A stretch of 64,000 nucleotides of DNA from Tetramitus jugosus (lineage: Eukaryota; Protista; Heterolobosea), in contig OW569383.1 of NCBI GenBank assembly GCA_937625935.1, forward strand, positions 124,001 through 188,000. The letters are read 5' to 3'. The position numbers and the translations under genes are program-made. Each line of letters opens with the position of its first letter. Position 1 is the first letter of the stretch. This document shows, in pieces, positions 57,529 to 64,000 of the stretch. The notes beneath the pieces are model-generated. The model saw only the letters and a program-made list of their open reading frames with translations, was not told the DNA's origin and searched no databases.

Positions 57529-58460
57529 ATGGAGGATTTTTTAAACGAAGAAAACGCACAAGAGACTCAACAAGACAACAACTTTGATGATGACTTTGAT
57601 TTTGATGGTGAAAACACCCAACAACAACCAGAGAATGAAGAAGAAGAATTTGAAGGTGACAACAATGAACAACAGTTCGATCAACAAGAAGAACAAGCAG
57701 AAGAAGAACAAGGTGTTGTAGACCAAAACAATGATGATGACCAACATGATCAATTCCAACAACAAGATTCGTATGAACCAGCCTACAACTATGAAGAACC
57801 TGCCCAAACCAGCAAGACCACTCCAATTCAGTATGTTGTCCTCTTTTGCCAAAGCTCAAGAAACTTGCTTGTTAAATTTTCTTTTTGTTGCCTTCTCTGT
57901 TTACTAACTTATATTCTTTTCTTTCATCGTTTCATCATTTTACGTACTATTGACTACAAATTGTGCTGCACATGCAATAATAATAATACACTTGTGAACA
58001 AACTAGAGAATGGAGACAACAAAAGAACAAGTTGATTGAGGAGTTGGATGAGACAAGCAGATCCAAGAAGAAGCAAATTCGCCAAACCGCTGAACAATTC
58101 ATTGAACAATATTTGGCCGAACGTGAAGAGAAGAAGAGAAATCAACACAAGAAGAATGTGGAAGATGAAGAAATCTTTGCTCAAACGAACCAAGTAGCCT
58201 CTGACAATGTGTGGGAGAATGTGCTCAAGTATGTTGATATTCATGGTGCAAGCAAGAAGCAAGCAGCAAGCAATGAAGAAAGCTTGGACGATTTGGACAA
58301 GGTTGATCTCTCATTCAAGAAGAAGGGCAGCAAGGGTCAACCAGAAGACTTGGAGATTGACATTTCTGTTCGCCAAGCCGAGAACAAGGATGTCTCTAGA
58401 ATGAGAAAGATTTTGTTGACATTGAAGAACCAACCATTGCCAACCCAACCAACTGCCTAA
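57529..58460 (+). CDS. CLC1: Clathrin light chain (~251 aa); intron 57831..58006
   Basis: Acidic N-terminus, spliced PIQEWRQQKNKLIEELDE, WENVLKYVD, KDVSRMRKILLTLK. The GTATGT...ACTAG intron keeps the frame. Confidence 0.92.
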
Positions 58461-58559
58461 ATGATCACATGATCACTAGCATTTTGTACATCAATAAACC
58501 AGACAGTCACATATTAAACTAACAAAGACAATCACATTGCTGAGGAACAATTCATGAAT

Positions 58560-59725
58560 TTAATCGCCTCTGCTATCGCTCTTTTGAGAGACAATGTACT
58601 GAGCCAAGTGAGTCACGGCAACCTTGCCTATTGGATACTTGTCCTCATTTATGATAATGAGTCTGTTGACACGGGTGGCCTTCAACCTCTTGACAACCAA
58701 GTCAATGGTAGAATTAGGGAAACAAAAGATGAATGGATACTTGTCAATAGGTGACAATTGACGAACAGTGCTCAAAAAGTCCAAAACTGGCAAATTCAAC
58801 ATCTTGAATCCGTCTTGTCCGAGTGCCAACACATGGATATCACGTGCAGAAATGACACTGATCAATTGCTTGTCATCACCAATCACTGGCACAAAACTGG
58901 CTTGATTTTCTCTCATCAATCGGAATGCATCAATGGCCTTCTTGTCCTCAGTTACAATACTCTCCTTTGCAAGAGTCAAACCAACGTTCAATTGGTCAAT
59001 AGGAGCATCAAACAATTGTGAGCCCTTGTCATCAATCTATATATTATTATTGTTGTTGTTGTGATTGTTATTGGGATTATTATTGGGATCATCGCCACAC
59101 ACATACAAATCAGTATTGAATTCATTGTTGTTGTGAGTTACTTGTAATGCACAAAACACATGATGATCATACGATAACAATAACAACAAAAAAAAGCTTA
59201 CAAAACTCTCTAGAGATCACATACAGTTTGCTTCATCAGATTCATGACATCAGAATGAGTCACAATATTCACAAATTCCTTGTTGTCATTCTCCACAACG
59301 ACTCTCTTGTTTCCCTGTGCCAACTCATGCACAGCATCAAACGCAGTAGCATTCAATGAAAGTGTAGCAAACTTGTCAAGCTTTGAATAGTTGGCCACTT
59401 GACTCACAGGTGTTGACATGATGCTCTCCTGTAACTGTACATTTTCAATCGTAGATGGCAAAAAGGCGGCATCATTCTGTTGATAGGTATCAACGACAAA
59501 AGCAACGATATCGATAAAATCGACAAACACTTTTTGTGATTCAGCTGATGATGATGATGAGCTTAGAACAGGAGCTGATCGAATATCTTTTTGTTGGAGC
59601 TTCTTGATGACTTCAGAGATGGTCTCAGTTGGCTCAAGAGACAAAATGGTACGAGTAGGACCAACGAGTTGTTCAATGGATGTGGATTTGAACTGTTGGA
59701 CAAAGAGATCTCTTGGAGAAGACAT
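58560..59725 (-). CDS. Four-CBS-domain protein (AMPK-gamma/SDS23-like, ~325 aa); intron 59037..59224
   Basis: CBS motifs IRSAPV, FVDFIDIV, VNIVTHSDV, ISVISARDI and VNRLIII. The phase-0 GTATGT...ATAG intron joins ORFs 59210..59725 and 58560..59015. Confidence 0.88.
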
Positions 59726-60662
59726 GATGATAAATTGTGTAGTGGTTCCTATGTAGGTGCGTTGTTGTTGCTTGTGGAGGTTTGATTTTTTTTAAAAAGC
59801 TTTTTTTGAAAAAGTGGACGCTTGGGGGGTTCTTCCGAAACGTGATTGTATGCATACACTATCCTCATCTACAGGGGAGATGTCATTGTCTTCTGTGGTG
59901 TCAGGGACTGGAGAGGTCGTGCTTCTTCTTGCTGAAGGCGTATCTAGTTGGCCACAACAAAACTTGAACAACTTTGAGTAATTGAGGAATACGATTGTTT
60001 CGGGGTAAAAGGGTCAACCACATTAATGGGATTAGTTTTTGCGAGAATAAGCGATAGGGACTCAAATTCCTTGCGCTTCCTCTTTGAATTAATTTAAGCT
60101 CACAATCCCTTAAACTCAGGCTCGATTACACCCTCAACTCCAGCTAATTCGCATCAGCTGTAGTGTGAAACCACTCATCCATCAAGCAAGAGGAGTAATT
60201 CGAGAACCGCCAAATCAAAAAATTGTCAATGCCCGGTTCGAACAAAAGCAGAAGATAGGAAAAATAACAGCGACGATTAAAAAAAATCAGAAAAACGAAC
60301 AACAACATTCAACAAATTTCAAAGGCTTTTTTGGAGGAGAGGTCGATATACAACAAACAACAAACAAAGTCTCATTCGTCATCAATAACCCACAACAAAC
60401 ATTAGGACGACGAACCAAAAAACTTCCAAAAAATCATCATCCGCTTTTTTTTGTTGATTTTTTCCATCTTTTTCGAGTGAGACGACAAACACCAACCACC
60501 GCCACCACTATCATCGTCATCATCATTATCTACTCCACACTCAAGACCTACCCTACTCCTCCAACTGTTGCCTCTATTGACGACCAAAATCCATTCATAC
60601 ACTTTTGAATACAAAAAAAATATTTCTCACTGAGAACGCGGATCAACAATCAATCATCAACA

Positions 60663-63600
60663 ATGTCATCATCACTCAACTTGACAATCAACATACCCAA
60701 CAATGATATTCATTCAATGGACAATAATGGTAGTGGTGCCATACAACAACATGAAAAAGTGAAAAAAAAGAGTGCACTCAAAAAGAAAAAATCAGCATCC
60801 AAAAAAAAGAAGACGTCTTCTTCCTCACTCAGTGTTTCCACGAACACAACATCCAATCATCAAGGTGGCAATCATGAATTTCTATTTAAGCCATGTGAGG
60901 TTCATTTTAGACCCTACAGTGAACAACTTCAACAACAATCAACAATAACAACAAGCGATGAGAAGAATAATGAGACGATATCAACAACAACAACAACAAC
61001 AACAATGACAAGCAATGATGAAAATGGAATTACGCCGAGTGAAACAAGTGCTCAACAACAATTGGAGAGCATTCACAAATCAAACAACAATCACCATCAT
61101 CACCATCATCACTCCACAATTGTCTCCTCATTAACACTGTCACTCATGAAGAATTCAACAACAACGACAACAACATCATCACCCCATGCAGAACACAGCA
61201 ACAACAAGAAGAAAAATCTAGTCAAGAGTCTCACACATGATCTCGTCTCACAATACAAGCAATGTTCGTCAGAGTTCAAGTACACGAGTCCAAAGCGCAT
61301 TCTGACTCAACCATCCGATCCAGCATCCAACAATGGACTAGACAATGTCGATGGCAATTTAATCTTAGCGGTGGATGATGTGTTGGGAGAGCGGTACGTG
61401 GTCAAAGATGTTCTCGGTATGGGAACGTTTGGTCAAGTGGCTCGGTGTGAAGACACACAGAATATCGGTTCTCCGCACTTGGCAGTCAAAGTCATCAAGA
61501 ATAAGCGTGCTTATTTGAAGCAGGCTGAAGTGGAGACGCAAATTTTGCGGTTATTGTGTCAAAACTATGACCCAGACAATACGCATCACATTATCCGCAT
61601 GGATCACTACTTTTTTCATCAGAATCACTTGTGTATCGTGTTTGAAATGTTGAGCATCAATTTGTTTGAGTTGATTAAGCAGAATCGGTTCAGAGGACTG
61701 TCTACCAATGTGATTCGCGTGTTTTTGTCTCAAATGTTGGATGCGTTGTGCGTGTTGCAAAAGGCAAAGATTATTCACTGTGATTTGAAGCCGGAGAATA
61801 TTTTATTGACGGATTTGTCATCGCCAAAGAATTTGATCAAGTTGATTGATTTTGGAAGTGCTTGTTTTGAGAAGGAGACTGTGTATTCGTACATTCAATC
61901 GCGGTTCTATCGATCACCCGATGTCCTGTTCGGAGTAGAGTACAATTGTGCAATTGATATGTGGTCTCTGGGTTGCATCTGTGCAGAGTTGTTCTTGGGA
62001 CTGCCTCTGTTCCCTGGTGCCTCGCAGTACAATCAAGTGGCACGTATTGTGGAGATGCTCGGTATGCCACCTGCGTACTTGTTGGACACTGGTCGCACCT
62101 CACGAAAATACTTTAAACGAAAGCCGTACATGATGAATCCGAGTGATCATCCCTATGAGATGAAGACTGAGCAAGAGTACTGCCTGGAGAACAATGATAC
62201 ACCAAAAGAGTGGAAACGCTACTTTAACTATACAAAGTTGGACGATCTGATCAAGTATTACTCGTACAAGAATATTCCACAGGAAGAAGTGAAGAATGAG
62301 GAGTTGAATCGTGTTGCTCTGATTGATTTGTTGCACGGGTTGTTGCACTGGGATCCCAATCTTCGGTGGACGGCCAATCAAGCAAAGAATCATCCGTTTG
62401 TGACTGGTGAACCATTCACTGGACCATTTGTTCCAGAGATTGATGCTGAGAGAACAATGATACCGATCAAGACACAGCACGCTGTTCCCTATGCAACAGC
62501 ACCAGTTGCTACATCATGGGGCAACTCGTATCACAATCAACCAATGCCACAGCAACAACAACAGCAATCATTGGGCAAGAGGGTCATGTCTGGTGGTCTC
62601 AGTCAGCAATTTGTCACACCTAACTCCTGGGGTCCTCAGACTGGTTTCCTCGGCAGCAACGTCTCATTGGGCAATTTGGGACCAAGTCCCAATCCAATGT
62701 TTGGTTCCTACTCTCAAGCTCAACCAGTTGTTCAACAACAACAACAACAAGGAGCACAACAGGAGAAACAAGGTATTCCGATTGGACGTGGCAATCAACA
62801 ACAACAATCCTGGAATCAACAGTCCTATGGCAACAACTCTTATGGCTATGGCTCGTCACCCATGTACACCTCTCCCATGTCATCCTCCGGATCCTACATG
62901 GGATCATCGCTCAACATGCCTATGGTTCAGGGAACACCCACCAACAACTACAACAATAGTTATTCGAGTAACAGTGGTGGCCATTGGCAGGGAAGTCTTC
63001 CAAATTCATTCAACGGTGGCAATCACATGGCATTCTCCCCTCAACAACAACCACAACAGCAGCAACAACAAAAGTGGTCACAAAAGAAGTCATCCTATCG
63101 TGGAACCTTGTCAGAGCAATTCAATTCGATGCAACTCGACAATTCACCCAATGTTCGACAACGAAGCAGCAGCAGCGCTACTGCATCCTCCTACAACAAC
63201 AGTCCACGACAACAACAACAACAACAGCAGCAGCAACAGCAACAGCTTCAACAGTATGAGAACCACAAGGGCAGAGCGAGAAGAGAATCCTATGCTGGTC
63301 AACCACGATCGCACAAGTCTCAGAAACGACGACCATCCATTCAAGAACAAGAACCTGCCATGCTCAGTGCATCACTGCTCAATGATCCAGACTACTCTTC
63401 CAATGCAGCCAACGAACCTTCATCACCTCCATTCGATTCTGAAATGTCATCATCATCTGACAATTGGAATCCATTCTTCCCAGGAGAGGACTTGGAGTTG
63501 GACGATGCACCACCACCAGCATCATCTACTCATCACAACAACAACAATAGCAGTAATAATTGGTCCAATTCATCATATGGTAACTCTCAAAAGAATAACA

Positions 63601-64000
63601 ATTACAACAACAACAACAACAATAATACCAATAATAGTTATCAGAGTCATCAGGGACGCAATCGAAGCAGTTCATTTAACAACAAGAAGGGACAACACAA
63701 CAATGAAAAGGCATATCGGAACAACAATGGAGCTAGTGGTAGCAGTGTTGGATCATTCAAGCAATATCATGGCAATGGCTCATTTGTGAGCTCATCGTCC
63801 TACGATGGCAATTCCTATGATCCCTCCATGATGTATGGATCGTCTCCTGCGATGAACATGACTGGATTAGGATCATCACCCAGTTCCTACTCTAACATGA
63901 ACAACCCGAATAACAATAATAATAGCATATCGGGCAGTGGAAGCTATTCGCATCAAGCAGGTGGATCATGGCGCAATCATAACTCGAATCTCAACAGTTT
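60663..64000 (+). CDS. YAK1: YAK1/DYRK-family dual-specificity kinase (3'-truncated by the window; absent from the ORF track)
   Basis: Frame from ATG 60663: LTQPS...NNGLDN, LGMGTFGQV (~61413), AVKVIKNK, IIHCDLKPENIL, IDFGSAC, YSYIQSRFYRSP; Q/N/S/G-rich tail still open at 64000. Confidence 0.93.
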   Translation, partial: MSSSLNLTINIPNNDIHSMDNNGSGAIQQHEKVKKKSALKKKKSASKKKKTSSSSLSVSTNTTSNHQGGNHEFLFKPCEVHFRPYSEQLQQQSTITTSDEKNNETISTTTTTTTMTSNDENGITPSETSAQQQLESIHKSNNNHHHHHHHSTIVSSLTLSLMKNSTTTTTTSSPHAEHSNNKKKNLVKSLTHDLVSQYKQCSSEFKYTSPKRILTQPSDPASNNGLDNVDGNLILAVDDVLGERYVVKDVLGMGTFGQVARCEDTQNIGSPHLAVKVIKNKRAYLKQAEVETQILRLLCQNYDPDNTHHIIRMDHYFFHQNHLCIVFEMLSINLFELIKQNRFRGLSTNVIRVFLSQMLDALCVLQKAKIIHCDLKPENILLTDLSSPKNLIKLIDFGSACFEKETVYSYIQSRFYRSPDVLFGVEYNCAIDMWSLGCICAELFLGLPLFPGASQYNQVARIVEMLGMPPAYLLDTGRTSRKYFKRKPYMMNPSDHPYEMKTEQEYCLENNDTPKEWKRYFNYTKLDDLIKYYSYKNIPQEEVKNEELNRVALIDLLHGLLHWDPNLRWTANQAKNHPFVTGEPFTGPFVPEIDAERTMIPIKTQHAVPYATAPVATSWGNSYHNQPMPQQQQQQSLGKRVMSGGLSQQFVTPNSWGPQTGFLGSNVSLGNLGPSPNPMFGSYSQAQPVVQQQQQQGAQQEKQGIPIGRGNQQQQSWNQQSYGNNSYGYGSSPMYTSPMSSSGSYMGSSLNMPMVQGTPTNNYNNSYSSNSGGHWQGSLPNSFNGGNHMAFSPQQQPQQQQQQKWSQKKSSYRGTLSEQFNSMQLDNSPNVRQRSSSSATASSYNNSPRQQQQQQQQQQQQLQQYENHKGRARRESYAGQPRSHKSQKRRPSIQEQEPAMLSASLLNDPDYSSNAANEPSSPPFDSEMSSSSDNWNPFFPGEDLELDDAPPPASSTHHNNNNSSNNWSNSSYGNSQKNNNYNNNNNNNTNNSYQSHQGRNRSSSFNNKKGQHNNEKAYRNNNGASGSSVGSFKQYHGNGSFVSSSSYDGNSYDPSMMYGSSPAMNMTGLGSSPSSYSNMNNPNNNNNSISGSGSYSHQAGGSWRNHNSNLNS

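Noticed and set aside
62491-63789. 432-aa ORF in the track
   Set aside because: Shadow +1 frame of the YAK1 C-terminal tail; CAA/AAC repeats suppress stop codons and there is no independent protein signal.
1-64000. CRISPR arrays, rRNA, tRNA, prokaryotic operons
   Set aside because: None recognised by eye; the sequence is eukaryotic with spliceosomal introns. Small ncRNAs cannot be excluded without a covariance-model search.

Overview
Gene-dense eukaryotic (protist) genomic DNA in the standard genetic code, with about 23 protein-coding genes, few and short GT-AG introns, and many coding trinucleotide repeats. The 7TM-RGS receptor and the Cache/HAMP class III cyclase suggest a heterolobosean (Naegleria-like) host; this is inference only. 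Recognisable housekeeping genes: BET bromodomain protein, UCH-L3-like deubiquitinase, GOLPH3/Vps74-like protein, UGGT, O-fucosyltransferase-family glycosyltransferase, class I sirtuin, an intronless 4448-aa DNA-PKcs, LRMDA-like LRR protein, SAP-repeat protein, clathrin light chain, CBS-domain protein, and a YAK1 kinase that runs off the window and is missing from the ORF track. The standout is at about 7.7-11.9 kb: a RAG1/Transib-like DDE transposase with all RAG1-core landmark motifs in order, split by one in-frame TAA. It lies tail-to-tail (54 bp apart) with an orphan gene that is not Kelch-like, so the layout resembles ProtoRAG but with an unknown partner in place of RAG2; convincing TIRs and a TSD were not found. 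Also notable: a ~2375-aa adhesion-GPCR/polycystin-like 7TM-RGS receptor with a fibrinogen domain, a bacterial-type His-motif TPR surface protein, candidate 22-35 nt introns, and a double E2F-type site plus a palindrome in the DNA-PKcs bidirectional promoter. All family assignments come from motif recognition by eye; no database search was run.
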